Assembly (NCBI GenBank): GCA_046861385.1
Contig: JBHHTW010000003.1
Location: 73,660 to 137,659 of the forward strand
Source of the DNA: Fidelibacterota bacterium
GTDB taxonomy: Bacteria; Fidelibacterota; Marinisomatia; Marinisomatales; TCS55
DNA length: 64,000 nt
Direction of reading: 5' to 3'
A program made the translations under genes and the position numbers. Of the stretch, positions 17,766 through 28,693 are shown in pieces. Every line of letters starts with the position of its first letter. The stretch's first letter is position 1. The notes under the pieces were generated by a model, which did not search any database, was not told the origin of the DNA, and worked only from the letters and a program-made list of their open reading frames with translations.

Positions 17766-19358
17766 ATGGTAACGAAAACAACATTTAAAGCACTTGGACT
17801 TCCGGCAGATGTTTTGGAAGCAATTAATCAAAAAGGTTTTGAGGAACCAACTGAAATACAGGTTTTAACGATTCCTGTTATGCTCAGAAATGATACTAAT
17901 ATTATTGCACAGGCCCAGACCGGAACGGGAAAAACAGCAGCATTCGGTCTACCACTAATCAGCATGATTGATACAGCGTCCAAATCCGTTCAGGCACTGA
18001 TTCTGGTCCCGACACGTGAGTTGGCGATCCAGGTCTCTGAAGAGATCAATTCACTCAAGGGTAACAAACCAATTAAAACGGTTCCCATTTATGGCGGGCA
18101 GTCCATTGATCAGCAATTACGCAGATTGAAAAAAGGTGTGCATATCGTCGTGGGATCGCCAGGCAGAGTGATAGACCATTTAAAAAGAAAGACGCTGAAA
18201 CTCGGTCAAATTGATCATTTAATTCTGGATGAAGCAGATGAAATGCTGAATATGGGTTTTATAGATGATATGGAAGAAATTTTCAAATATACCAATCCGG
18301 GTAAAAAAACCTTATTGTTTTCCGCAACCATCCCGGGAAAAATCAAAGAACTCGCTCATCGATATATGGAAGGTTATGAGCTTATTAAAGCATACAAAAA
18401 ACAACTAACAACCAACCTGACTGAGCAGATTTATTTCGAAGTAAAAGCTTCAGATAAATTTGAGGCGCTATGCCGGATCATTGATATTGAAAATAATTTT
18501 TATGGTTTAGTTTTTTGCCGAACAAAGAAGGATGTGGATTCTGTACTGTCCCATCTTATAAATCGTGGTTATAGTGCTGAAGCGATTCATGGAGATATTA
18601 CCCAAAGTCAAAGAGAGCGAACTCTGAATAATTTTAAGAAAAAAAGAATAAATACACTTGTAGCTACCGATGTTGCCGCCAGAGGAATCGATGTAGTAGA
18701 CCTTACCCATGTAATCAATTATTCTCTTCCCGGAGATCCTGAATCTTACGTCCATCGTATCGGCCGGACCGGCCGTGCCGGGAAAGAAGGCACAGCGATT
18801 ACATTTATTACACCAAGCGAATATAAACGGCTGATGTTCATCCAGCGATTAGCCAAGACGGATATTAAAAAATCTGTCGTCCCAAAAGTAAAAGATATTA
18901 TTTATGCCAAAAGGAAAAAGATCAATGATGATCTGAATACGATTAAGAAAAGCGAAATAGATGCGAAATATTATAATTGGGCAAAAAAACTCCATGAAGA
19001 ACATAATCCAACTGAAATATTAGCGGCTGTTCTGAATTATTGTTTTGAAGATGAACTTAACCCGGATGCATACACTGAAATGACGGAGTTCACCGGAAAG
19101 CGCAAAAAACTTGACCCCCAAGGCAAAACTAGACTTTTTGTTGCGTTGGGAAAGAAAGATCGGATGAATCCAAGAAAGCTGGTGGACCTGATTACGAATA
19201 GAGTATCCATTAATTCCAGACAGATTAGCAGTGTTCAGGTAATGGATAAATTTTCATTTATAACAGTACCGTTTGAAAAAGCGGAAGAGATTATTGCCAA
19301 CTTCCAGAATAAAGGACGCAAGCAGTTAGTTTCTCATGTGAAGAAAGGTAAAAAGTAA
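17766..19358 (+). CDS. deaD: DEAD-box RNA helicase with DbpA-type RNA-binding domain (DeaD/CsdA-like)
   Basis: AQTGTGKT, PTRELA, DEAD, FSAT, TDVAARGID and HRIGRTGRAG; C-terminal TRLFVALGKKD...FSFITVP. Confidence 0.9.
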   Translation: MVTKTTFKALGLPADVLEAINQKGFEEPTEIQVLTIPVMLRNDTNIIAQAQTGTGKTAAFGLPLISMIDTASKSVQALILVPTRELAIQVSEEINSLKGNKPIKTVPIYGGQSIDQQLRRLKKGVHIVVGSPGRVIDHLKRKTLKLGQIDHLILDEADEMLNMGFIDDMEEIFKYTNPGKKTLLFSATIPGKIKELAHRYMEGYELIKAYKKQLTTNLTEQIYFEVKASDKFEALCRIIDIENNFYGLVFCRTKKDVDSVLSHLINRGYSAEAIHGDITQSQRERTLNNFKKKRINTLVATDVAARGIDVVDLTHVINYSLPGDPESYVHRIGRTGRAGKEGTAITFITPSEYKRLMFIQRLAKTDIKKSVVPKVKDIIYAKRKKINDDLNTIKKSEIDAKYYNWAKKLHEEHNPTEILAAVLNYCFEDELNPDAYTEMTEFTGKRKKLDPQGKTRLFVALGKKDRMNPRKLVDLITNRVSINSRQISSVQVMDKFSFITVPFEKAEEIIANFQNKGRKQLVSHVKKGKK

Positions 19359-19772
19359 TATCAAAACCAGAGGGCCCGATCAACACCGTGAAATTTAGCT
19401 AATTTTTTATTTATTGCTTCTTTATACGGTCATTTCTCCATAATTACCATCAATTCATCGCTGGTTCGATTACAAACTCTGGATGACATATTTTAGAATT
19501 CGACGAACCCAATTTTTTCATTAATCAGGCCCAATGGTATGGGGATTTTCCCTGAAATACCAATCGTATCGTATTTGGTTTTTAACGAAGGAAGAATTAA
19601 TCGATCGTATGAAACAAATCCCACTGCAAGACCACCAAAACCGGAAAGACGCCATCCTTTTTGCCGGGCACCTTTGTCATTGAAGAAAACACGCCCAACC
19701 GAAAAGTTCATCATAGATCCGCCTTGAACCGCAATATATTACTCCGGCGATAGTTAGCGGTAACATATTAAG

Positions 19773-19862
19773 GTCATTGCGATCCACCAAATGGTGGAGA
19801 AGCAATCTCCTTCCATTAGCAAATCCAAGGAGATCGCTTTGTCGCAGACTCCTCGCGATGAC
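19773..19862. repeat. Palindromic REP-like element (GTCATTGCGA...GCAATCTC...GAGATCGC...TCGCGATGAC)
   Basis: Near-perfect terminal inverted repeats, internal stem aagcaatctcctt/aaggagatcgctt and hairpin tccacca-aa-tggtgga; lies between convergent genes. Confidence 0.75.
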
Positions 19863-20050
19863 AAATTTAAATTAAGAATGAATACTAATGATTCATACGT
19901 TGCACCTATGCCAGATTAATAATTAAAGGATGTTGGATTATTTGGAATCTTTTGGCGCCCGATAGCGATAGAATAAAATCTTGCATTAATATCATCAAAA
20001 ACCCCGAGTGTAATTTCAGTATTCCAGGAAAAGCCTTCGCCAAATACAAT

Positions 20051-21283
20051 CTATAATAACATCACAACTTGATTCTTTAATCGGCTCTCTTCTGCGGCAA
20101 AGGCCATTAAATGACTCTCTAATGATGCTTCAATTGACGACTCAAAGAGAGAAGGGTCATCTGCTCGAACGGCTTGTATAAATTGCTTAATGAGGCCATA
20201 ATCACCACCACCGTGTCCGTAGGCGTCATTTGACTCATGTTCCCATACTATTTCCGGTTTTATATTGTTAAATCGTGTCAGGGTGATGGTTTGAAAGTTT
20301 CCCAATATTTCACCTTCGGTTCCCATGATCCGAGTTCGTCGTTGTCCATCGGTAAAAGCGGACATGGTGAAAGAAGCGGTCATCTTATTTTCAAATTCCA
20401 TGGAAACCACCTGGTGATCCACCACATCATTGTCACAGCGGTAAACACAACGCCCATAGGGTCCACTGTGCAGCGCTTTTTCCCGTCCTTCCCTGGATAG
20501 ATCATCTGTAATGACATTCACAGGCCATCCGGTCACTTCCATATTCAAATACAGTTTAAGGGCAGAATAAGGACATTCAGTTTCTACAGGACAATGATCG
20601 ATACATCGTTCGGTACTACCTTCCGGAGCATTTTCTTTTTTAAAATGAGAGAGTGACCCAAAAGAAGAAATGAATTTGCACGGGGAGTCAGCAAACCAGA
20701 GCAATAAATCCATATCATGGCAGGATTTAGCCAGAATCATGGGAGCCGATTCATCTTTTCTCCTCCAATTTCCCCGAACGTATGCATGGGCCATGTGCCA
20801 GTAATTGACCGGCTCAATATGTTCGATGGTTATAAGGGAGCCAATAGCGCCGGACTCTATTATATTTTTCATTTTTTGGTAATGGGACGTATATCGAAGG
20901 ACGTGACAAAGCCCGAATATTTTCCTTGAAATTATTGCTTTTTCAGTCAGAAGCCGGCAATCCTTTTCCGTCGTTGCCATAGGTTTTTCCAAAAGGACAT
21001 GATAACCGGCATCTAAAGCTGCCACCGCTGGATCCACATGGAATTGATCCTGAGTGGTAATGATAACTCCATCTGCAAAGGGCTTGTCTTTTAGGGCTTC
21101 TTCCCAAGTTTCATAATTTTGTGATGGATTTAAATGATATTTTTCGGAAAAATGTTTTCTTTTTTCTGGATTGGGTTCCGCCACAGCCACGACTTTCATA
21201 TCTTCAGGAAAAAGGTCGCTATAGGAAGCGTAAGTATTGCCCCTGTTTCCTGCACCGATGATGATTATTTGCATTGGTTTCAT
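20051..21283 (-). CDS. Gfo/Idh/MocA family NAD(P)-dependent oxidoreductase
   Basis: IIGAGNRG, VLLEKP, CHVLRY, LAKSCHDMD, YGRCVYRCDNDVVDHQ and GHGGGD. Start moved to MKPMQ at 21283. Confidence 0.9.
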   Translation of the reverse strand: MKPMQIIIIGAGNRGNTYASYSDLFPEDMKVVAVAEPNPEKRKHFSEKYHLNPSQNYETWEEALKDKPFADGVIITTQDQFHVDPAVAALDAGYHVLLEKPMATTEKDCRLLTEKAIISRKIFGLCHVLRYTSHYQKMKNIIESGAIGSLITIEHIEPVNYWHMAHAYVRGNWRRKDESAPMILAKSCHDMDLLLWFADSPCKFISSFGSLSHFKKENAPEGSTERCIDHCPVETECPYSALKLYLNMEVTGWPVNVITDDLSREGREKALHSGPYGRCVYRCDNDVVDHQVVSMEFENKMTASFTMSAFTDGQRRTRIMGTEGEILGNFQTITLTRFNNIKPEIVWEHESNDAYGHGGGDYGLIKQFIQAVRADDPSLFESSIEASLESHLMAFAAEESRLKNQVVMLL

Positions 21284-21339
21284 AAATAGGTCTTTCAATC
21301 GTGTGTGGAATTTGTGAACTTTCATGTCAACTATCCAGC

Positions 21340-22071
21340 ATGAGAATGAAGTTTTTTAATAAAAAATATATCTGGTTTATTCTTTTATCCGGAATAATAA
21401 CGGGTCAAACTTTACCCGGTGACTGGGTAAACTATTGGGAGGACTCCGGTCAGTCAATTATAACAGACCATACAAATCAGTGGATTTTAGGAATAGGTGC
21501 CCTGGCTGCTATCGGCGCCACCCGGGTTGATTTGAAAGTGAAAGATTATGCCCAGACCAGGGGTTTGCTTTCCGATCCTGTCTCTCATTTTGGAGATTTA
21601 TATGGTGGAACCTGGGCTCACTGGATCTTATTTTCGTCCATTTTGGTAACATCAGCCACCGGGAATGATAACCTGGATGATTTTATGGCCAAAATGGAGT
21701 TTTCCACTTTTGCCATGATGACCAATGGAACCCTGACATATGGAATGAAAAGGGCATTTGGGAGGAAACGCCCTAATGGCAGTTGCTGTACATCATTCCC
21801 ATCCGGTCATACTTCCCATAGTTTTGTTATTGCTGCCATTATTCAGGAACTATACGGAAATAAAATAGGGAAATTTGCTTACGGGATGGCCACCCTGGTT
21901 GCCATCAGTCGCATTAATGATAATAAGCATTATTTGAGTGATGTCATTTTTGGATCCGCTCTGGGCACAGCTGTGGGTCGGGCATTTGGAAATAATTATC
22001 ATCAATACACTTTTAAAGGATTAGGAGTTGGTATCACTCCCTATAGTCTGAGGATCACTATTCCATTATGA
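21340..22071 (+). CDS. PAP2 family phosphatase
   Basis: KRAFGRKRP, SFPSGHT and SRINDNKHYLSDV; signal peptide after start MRMKFF. Confidence 0.85.
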   Translation: MRMKFFNKKYIWFILLSGIITGQTLPGDWVNYWEDSGQSIITDHTNQWILGIGALAAIGATRVDLKVKDYAQTRGLLSDPVSHFGDLYGGTWAHWILFSSILVTSATGNDNLDDFMAKMEFSTFAMMTNGTLTYGMKRAFGRKRPNGSCCTSFPSGHTSHSFVIAAIIQELYGNKIGKFAYGMATLVAISRINDNKHYLSDVIFGSALGTAVGRAFGNNYHQYTFKGLGVGITPYSLRITIPL

Positions 22072-23045
22072 GCATACATAAACAAGTTCGGACAGCTTTT
22101 GTTTATTTATTTTCTTTAACCTTATTATACTCACAAATCCAGCAGGAAACCATGAAGCCCCCTCGCGGCTATCCCAATATGACTTTTTTAAGGTGGGCTA
22201 TGGCATTGGGTTTTCTGGACTTGGTGGATTTGAAACCGGAAAAACCTGATTCAATTAGGGTTTTTAAAGATCTGGTTTATAAGGAAACGGATCAACGGTC
22301 ACTTCGATTGGATATTTACAAACGTAATTCGATAACAAAGTTAGCTCCCGCAATCATTTTTATCCACGGAGGTGGCTGGCATAAGGGAGATAAGGACGAT
22401 TACTTGGTTTATTGTTTATCATTTGCTGAAAAAGGATATGTAACAGCATCTTTGTCTTACCGCTTTTCCCAGGAAGCAATTTTTCCTGCTCCTCTGGAGG
22501 ATATTATTTGCGGGATACGCTGGATTAAATCACATGGGGATGAATATGGAATTGATTCCAGCAGGGTGGCACTGGTGGGCGGATCAGCCGGAGCCCATTT
22601 AGCCATGATGGCCGCCTATACAGCAGATGAATTGTTTTTTGAATCGAAATGTAACGATGAAGGCATTAGTACGGAAGTACAGGCTATTGTCAATCTATAT
22701 GGTCCGACGGATTTAACGACTGATTTTGCCATTGCCCAGGAACCTACGCCCCGTTTCCTGGGGTCGACATACGGAGAGAATCCCGATATTTATTTGAAGG
22801 CTTCTCCTATACATTATATTTCTCCTGATGATCCGCCCACGCTGACATTCCATGGAACCATAGATGATATAGTACCAATTTATCAGGGAGATATTTTGGA
22901 TAAAGCTATGAAACAAAATGGGATCTATCATGAATATCACCGACTGAAAGGGTGGCCCCACACAATGGATGCAGCTGTTCCTGTTAATAAATATGTTCAA
23001 GGAATCATGACACAATTTTTTGAAAAATGGTTGAGAGGATATTGA
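22068..23045 (+). CDS. Secreted alpha/beta hydrolase (HSL/BD-FAE-like esterase)
   Basis: HGGGW, GGSAG nucleophile elbow, HGTIDDIVP and GWPH. Confidence 0.88.
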   Translation: MSIHKQVRTAFVYLFSLTLLYSQIQQETMKPPRGYPNMTFLRWAMALGFLDLVDLKPEKPDSIRVFKDLVYKETDQRSLRLDIYKRNSITKLAPAIIFIHGGGWHKGDKDDYLVYCLSFAEKGYVTASLSYRFSQEAIFPAPLEDIICGIRWIKSHGDEYGIDSSRVALVGGSAGAHLAMMAAYTADELFFESKCNDEGISTEVQAIVNLYGPTDLTTDFAIAQEPTPRFLGSTYGENPDIYLKASPIHYISPDDPPTLTFHGTIDDIVPIYQGDILDKAMKQNGIYHEYHRLKGWPHTMDAAVPVNKYVQGIMTQFFEKWLRGY

Positions 23046-23047
23046 GA

Positions 23048-24019
23048 ATGAAAAAAGCATTATTATTCGCCTGTCTGGGTTTAATTTTGACATTTGTCAG
23101 GGTAAAGGCTGCAGATATGAATAGTGATAGTATTTGGGCGGAAAAATTAGGATTTCCAAAAGGAAGTCGAGTCGTGATTTTACATGCAGATGATTCCGGC
23201 ATGTGTTATGAAGCCAATCAGGCAGTAAAAAATTATCTACTCAAAGGGCAGATCCAATCAAGCTCTGCCATGGTTCCCTGTCCCTGGTTTAATGATATGG
23301 CAGAATGGGCAATAGAAAATCCCCAAAAAGATGTGGGATTGCATTTAACTTTGACCAGTGAATGGAAGAACTACCGGTGGGGAGGCATTTCCGATCCACT
23401 GGACATTTCAAACCTATTAGATCCTGACGGATATCTCTGGCGGGAAGTACCGGATGTAGTCCGGCGGGCGACACCGCAAGAAATTGAAAAAGAAATCCGT
23501 GCCCAAATTGATCGATCTATTAACATGGGCTTTCGACCGAATCACATCGACACACATATGGGAACATTATTTGCCAGGGAAGATTATGCCGAAGTTTTCT
23601 ACCGAATAGCAATGGAATACGGAATACCAGCTAATGCAATAGAATTTACGCCTGAGAAGGTTGAAAAATTCAAAAGCCAGGGTTATCCTATTACTGATAA
23701 AATGATGGCATATTCAAATAATTATACTTTACCTAAACTGGACGATTTCTTTTCCGTCCCTGAAGGAGAAACATACGAAGAAAAACAAGCTAATTTTTTC
23801 CAACTCATTGAATCACTTGAGCCCGGTATATCAGAAATTATTTTTCATCCTTCTGTTGAAACTGAGGGTTTGAAAAAAATAACCAATTCTTGGCAGCAGC
23901 GCGTTTGGGAAGCAAAAATGTTTTCCGATGAAGAAGTGATCAATTTTATGGCAGTTCAGGGTATTATTTTTACCGATTGGAAGGAAATAATGAAACGGTA
24001 TAAAGAAAGTCGTCATTAA
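23048..24019 (+). CDS. YdjC/ChbG-family carbohydrate deacetylase, secreted
   Basis: LHADDSG, VGLHLTL, HIDTHMG and EIIFHP; signal peptide from MKKALL. Confidence 0.85.
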   Translation: MKKALLFACLGLILTFVRVKAADMNSDSIWAEKLGFPKGSRVVILHADDSGMCYEANQAVKNYLLKGQIQSSSAMVPCPWFNDMAEWAIENPQKDVGLHLTLTSEWKNYRWGGISDPLDISNLLDPDGYLWREVPDVVRRATPQEIEKEIRAQIDRSINMGFRPNHIDTHMGTLFAREDYAEVFYRIAMEYGIPANAIEFTPEKVEKFKSQGYPITDKMMAYSNNYTLPKLDDFFSVPEGETYEEKQANFFQLIESLEPGISEIIFHPSVETEGLKKITNSWQQRVWEAKMFSDEEVINFMAVQGIIFTDWKEIMKRYKESRH

Positions 24020-25581
24020 TGAGTGTAATAAAAAAAGTATCCATCGTTACTCTAATCCTGATTTTCCTCCTTTTTGGTAGTCTTATTAACAATTTATCGG
24101 ATAAACATCCCAATTATACGGTTGATTTAAACATTAATCCAACTGCACAGCCAGGGCCTATTCAGGTTGGATTTGGAAAAATGGTCATAACACCTCTTGT
24201 TGTTGATACGTGGAACGATGTTAATAGCGATGCAAAATATGATCCGGATGACGGTGACTCGTACAATGACCTCAATGGAAATGGAGAATTTGATGCGGTT
24301 TGGATTGCCGGATTTCATAATAGTCGGCCAGCCCAGGGAATCCATGATGATCTTTGGGCCAGAACCATCATCCTGGATGATGGTGATACGCGGCTGGTCA
24401 TCGTTGCATTAGACGTCATCGGGTTTTTACACGATGATGTCGTAGATGTACGTAATGCCCTACCTAATGAGTTAAATATTGATTATACTATTATTTCCAG
24501 CACCCACACCCACGAGGGTCCCGATTTAGTGGGCATCTGGGGGGAAGGTATTTTTAAAAGTGGCGTGAATCAGGATTATTTACAATATGTTAAAGACCAG
24601 GTGGTTGCTTCTATTGAAAATGCAGCAAGAAATATTCGCCCTGCGAAGCTGAAATTTGCCCAAGATTTGACAGGCGGTTTAGATTTTGTTATAGATTCCC
24701 GGGATCCACAGGTAAAAGATGCGGGCATACAAATCATCCAGGTAATCGATTTTGAAGCTGATACGTCTCTGGGCTCATTGATCTCCTGGGCAAATCATCC
24801 GGAAACACTCTGGAGCGATAATTTACTCATCAGTTCGGATTTTCCCAATTATGTGAGAGAATCGGTTGAGAATGGTGTGAAAAATGGAAAAAGTGTATTG
24901 GCAGAAGGAATCGGTGGAATAGCTGTCTATATTAATGGATCTATTGGAGGACTCATGACCACAAGGCCACAATTTGCAATCCCCGACCCCTTTTCCGGTG
25001 AACTCATTAATGGCGCCACGTTCAAAAAAGCAAAAGCCCAGGGGCAACACATTGGATTATTAATGTTAAATGCGCTGAGAAATGAATCTGGGATTGAAAT
25101 CGAACAGGCCAATATTAAGCTCCGGGCAAAAACAATCTCCATTCCCCTGGATAACAATAACTTCAAGCTTGGATTCGCATTGGGTATCATTAAACATGGG
25201 ACGACCGGATGGATTAACGTCCGAACTGAAGTGTCCGCTTTTCAAATTGGACCGGCAAGCTTTATCACCGTACCGGGAGAAATCTATCCGGAAATTGTAA
25301 ATGGCGGTGTGGTTTCTCCCTCTGGGCAAGATTTTGAAATTTTACCCGTCGAATCACCTTCATTACGATCATTGATGAATGGAGAAATAAAATTCGTTTT
25401 TGGTCTGGCTAATGATGAAATTGGATATATTATTCCTAAAAGCGAATGGGATGTGGAACCACCATATCTGTTTGATCAAAAAAATTCTCCTTATGGGGAA
25501 ATCAACTCTATTGGCCCCGAAGCAGCTCCCATCATTTACAATACTCTGATTACTATGTTAAAAAGTTTGAATAATGAATAA
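24019..25581 (+). CDS. Neutral/alkaline ceramidase-like hydrolase, N-terminal anchor
   Basis: GIHDDLWAR, STHTHEGPD, WANHPE, SSDFP, VPGEIYPE and GLANDEIGYI. Confidence 0.7.
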   Translation: MSVIKKVSIVTLILIFLLFGSLINNLSDKHPNYTVDLNINPTAQPGPIQVGFGKMVITPLVVDTWNDVNSDAKYDPDDGDSYNDLNGNGEFDAVWIAGFHNSRPAQGIHDDLWARTIILDDGDTRLVIVALDVIGFLHDDVVDVRNALPNELNIDYTIISSTHTHEGPDLVGIWGEGIFKSGVNQDYLQYVKDQVVASIENAARNIRPAKLKFAQDLTGGLDFVIDSRDPQVKDAGIQIIQVIDFEADTSLGSLISWANHPETLWSDNLLISSDFPNYVRESVENGVKNGKSVLAEGIGGIAVYINGSIGGLMTTRPQFAIPDPFSGELINGATFKKAKAQGQHIGLLMLNALRNESGIEIEQANIKLRAKTISIPLDNNNFKLGFALGIIKHGTTGWINVRTEVSAFQIGPASFITVPGEIYPEIVNGGVVSPSGQDFEILPVESPSLRSLMNGEIKFVFGLANDEIGYIIPKSEWDVEPPYLFDQKNSPYGEINSIGPEAAPIIYNTLITMLKSLNNE

Positions 25582-26227
25582 AACGACTCATATGAAAATC
25601 GCCGGGTATGGAAGCTTAATTGGATTTACACAATTTCTGATTTTTCCCACTATTGCCATGTTTTTTTATGGAGGCGGAACCCCAATGGATCATTCCATTA
25701 CAGGATATACTTTTTGGGAAAACTTTTTAAGTGACTTGGGAAGAACTGTGGCCTACAATGGTGTAAAGAATACCATTTCCAGCCCCTTGTTCAACAGTTC
25801 TCTCGCCCTATTTGGTTTTTCTCTTATCTTGCTTTATTCTTCAATGTTTCGATTGATTCCATCCCTTTTAGGCTATTTGACCTCACTGACAGGGATTGTA
25901 TCTGGGATTGGAATGATTATTATTTCCCTGACACCCGATAATCTGTACCCGGATCAGCATATGTTGGGTGTCTGGCTCTGGGGGTTAGCATTGCTGGGTG
26001 CAGTCTTAATGATTATAATTCATGAGATTCAGTCAAATGGGAACCATCGTATCTTTTTACCCTTGTCCATTTTTATCGCCATTGCTTTGGTGATACATAT
26101 TTATCAGGGGTTACAAGATATACGAGGTCCGATTGTAGCAACAACACAAAAAATAGTGGTGTATTCAAATTGCATCTGGTACTTGATTTTGAGCAGGCGA
26201 ATGATCAATCAGTCCGATATGATTTAA
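25574..26227 (+). CDS. Multi-pass membrane protein (DUF998-like)
   Basis: GY.FWENFLSDLG motif and about six hydrophobic helices. Confidence 0.55.
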   Translation: MNKTTHMKIAGYGSLIGFTQFLIFPTIAMFFYGGGTPMDHSITGYTFWENFLSDLGRTVAYNGVKNTISSPLFNSSLALFGFSLILLYSSMFRLIPSLLGYLTSLTGIVSGIGMIIISLTPDNLYPDQHMLGVWLWGLALLGAVLMIIIHEIQSNGNHRIFLPLSIFIAIALVIHIYQGLQDIRGPIVATTQKIVVYSNCIWYLILSRRMINQSDMI

Positions 26228-26346
26228 ACGCCACCTTTTTCTAAAAGAACTCTTTCTTTAGAAACGTTTATCATTACAGCGGAATTATTACCGTAGAAGG
26301 AAATATATCCGTTTTTTCTCTTATTAAAATGGAGATGCAGCAGGGT

Positions 26347-27630
26347 TTAACGATATAAATAATACATTCGCGACTTTTTTCTAAACGTCACTTCGTCCCG
26401 GGAAAAATATTTGCCCACGTTTTCTGCAGACCAGGATTGGCTAAATATTTCCCGTACCTTCCCTGAACCCATCACTTTATCAAACATGTTCAATCGTGAC
26501 TCATGGGCCATTTCAAATGGATTCTTTTCGGGGTATAAACGAATCAATGTTTCAAGATAATAAAATTGTAATAAAAGCAAGTTGAGTGCTTCTGGATCTG
26601 TTAAATGAATTTGAACACCGTGGATAGTATTTCCTATATCCCGTCCGTAAAAAGGTTTATACACAACAGGTCTGAAGAGAACGCCATTCAATCCGATTTT
26701 ATTTAATTCATCCGCTAAGGTATCTTGATTCACCCAGGGAGCGCCTATAAACTGGAAAGGTGCAGTGTATCCGACTCCTTCCGAAATAATCCCAAGTTCA
26801 CCCATCACACCGCTGCTAACATAATAGAAAGGAGAATACTTGTGAGGGATATGCGGTGATGAAGGAACCCATTCTAATCCGGTCATTTCAAATGTCATGT
26901 TTCGCTTCCAATTTTCCATGGGAATAACGGTAAGATCACATTGGATTCCATTGGATAATAATTTTTCGCCGTTAAAATAATTGGCTAATTCTCCCGGTGT
27001 TAATCCGTAAACATAAGGAATGGGAAATTGGCTGACAAAGGAGAAGTATCCGTCTTTTACACTATTCCCTTCGACCCTGAGTCCTCCCAATGGATTGGGA
27101 CGATCTAACACCATAAATGGGATTCCATTTTCCCCGCAAGCCTCCATACACAACCCCATTGTACCTATATAAGTATAGGAGCGACATCCCACATCTTGTA
27201 TATCATAAACCAATATATCGATGTTCTTCAACATGGATGGGGTGGGTTTACGATGTTTACCATAAAGGGAATAAACCGGTAATCCAGTTATTGGATCAAT
27301 ATAAGACTCAATTTTTGCTCCTGCTGTTTCCGCTCCTCTCACGCCATGTTCAGGACCAAATAGGGCGACCAGGTTTACCTGCTCTTCTTCGAAAAATATG
27401 TCCACAGTTGAAACCAATTTTCGGTTAACTCCGGTCGCATTGGTGACTAATCCAACACGTTTTCCCTGCAAGGGAGAAAAATGGTCTTTTTCTAAAACCT
27501 CAATTCCCGGTATAACATTGTTTTTTTCAGAAAGGATAATAGACCGGAGACTGGTACATCCCTGAATAAAGAGAAATGACATAACCATGGTTAGAAACAG
27601 TAAGAAGCGCATTTTATTATCCATATTCAT
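26347..27630 (-). CDS. namZ: DUF1343 exo-beta-N-acetylmuramidase (NamZ/YbbC, GH171), lipoprotein
   Basis: VGLVTNATG, LFGPEHG, YSLYG, YDIQDVG.RSYTY, LDRPNPLGG and WVPSSPHIP; lipobox IQGC. Confidence 0.9.
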   Translation of the reverse strand: MNMDNKMRFLLFLTMVMSFLFIQGCTSLRSIILSEKNNVIPGIEVLEKDHFSPLQGKRVGLVTNATGVNRKLVSTVDIFFEEEQVNLVALFGPEHGVRGAETAGAKIESYIDPITGLPVYSLYGKHRKPTPSMLKNIDILVYDIQDVGCRSYTYIGTMGLCMEACGENGIPFMVLDRPNPLGGLRVEGNSVKDGYFSFVSQFPIPYVYGLTPGELANYFNGEKLLSNGIQCDLTVIPMENWKRNMTFEMTGLEWVPSSPHIPHKYSPFYYVSSGVMGELGIISEGVGYTAPFQFIGAPWVNQDTLADELNKIGLNGVLFRPVVYKPFYGRDIGNTIHGVQIHLTDPEALNLLLLQFYYLETLIRLYPEKNPFEMAHESRLNMFDKVMGSGKVREIFSQSWSAENVGKYFSRDEVTFRKKSRMYYLYR

Positions 27631-27726
27631 ATTGAATTTCTTATCATTTTATTTCTTTCAAAACAGAAACTCAATTTTATTTTTCAACATTTGTGGAAAT
27701 TTTACACCGGGAATAGTGAATAAAGT

Positions 27727-28584
27727 CTAAGAATCATCACCAAAGAATATATGGATCAACTCATTGACACGTTCGGCTTCTTCGTGCTGAACCCAATGGG
27801 TCGCTTCTTCAATAAAAACCAGACGTCCGTCGTCGCAGAGATCAATACTGGGAGCAGCCATCTCCCGTCCTAAAAAATGGTCTTGAGCTCCCCAAATTAG
27901 CAAAGTCGGCACAGTAATACGTGGGCTGGCAGGAGGCTGAGGAGGCTTCTGCATCATCGCTCGATACCAATTGAGCATGGATCGGTATGCATTCGGTCGT
28001 GACCAGGCTTGACGATATTGAATCATATCATTATCTACAAACGTACCTGATCGGCTGCTTTTCATCATTGCATCTACTACCATTTTCCAATTATGGCGTT
28101 GGGCCAAATACTCCGGAAGCCACTGGAGTTGATAGAAAAACATATACCAGCTTTTCCGCATTTGAGTAAAATTATGTCTCAAGTTTTTTACCATCACCGC
28201 TCCGTGGGGAACATTTATGATAACCATTTTTGCCAGTCGGTTAGGGTATTTAGCAGCCACCCACCAGGCAACAGCCGCACCCCAGTCGTGCCCGGCTAAA
28301 AAAGCCTGTTTTTCACCAGCAGCATCGATCAGGCCCACTACATCGGCTGCTAAATTATCGAGGGTATATGCTGCAATGCCATCCGGCTTATCGCTTAAAT
28401 TATACCCGCGTTGATCTGGAACCCACACTCGGTAACCGGCAGATACCAAGTCGGGAATCTGCTTTTTCCATCCATATGAAAACTCAGGAAATCCATGCAA
28501 TAATATCACCAGTGGTCCGTCTTCGGGTCCCTTCTGGAGAACATGCAAACGAATACCGTTTGTTTCTATATATTGATCATTCAT
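27727..28584 (-). CDS. Epoxide hydrolase-like alpha/beta hydrolase
   Basis: [28 protein letters not shown] and THWVQHE. Confidence 0.88.
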   Translation of the reverse strand: MNDQYIETNGIRLHVLQKGPEDGPLVILLHGFPEFSYGWKKQIPDLVSAGYRVWVPDQRGYNLSDKPDGIAAYTLDNLAADVVGLIDAAGEKQAFLAGHDWGAAVAWWVAAKYPNRLAKMVIINVPHGAVMVKNLRHNFTQMRKSWYMFFYQLQWLPEYLAQRHNWKMVVDAMMKSSRSGTFVDNDMIQYRQAWSRPNAYRSMLNWYRAMMQKPPQPPASPRITVPTLLIWGAQDHFLGREMAAPSIDLCDDGRLVFIEEATHWVQHEEAERVNELIHIFFGDDS

Positions 28585-28693
28585 GAAAATTTTCTTTCTG
28601 TAAGATGGCGAATATCAACCACTATTTTTATTAAGTACTATTTAGATTTTGCTAGACGCAAATTATCTTATAATTATCCAATTTATGCACCAA

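Noticed and set aside
19360-19770. Short ORFs 19493-19714 and 19539-19727 as genes or a transposase remnant
   Set aside because: No recognisable motifs or RBS; possibly decayed coding DNA but unidentifiable.
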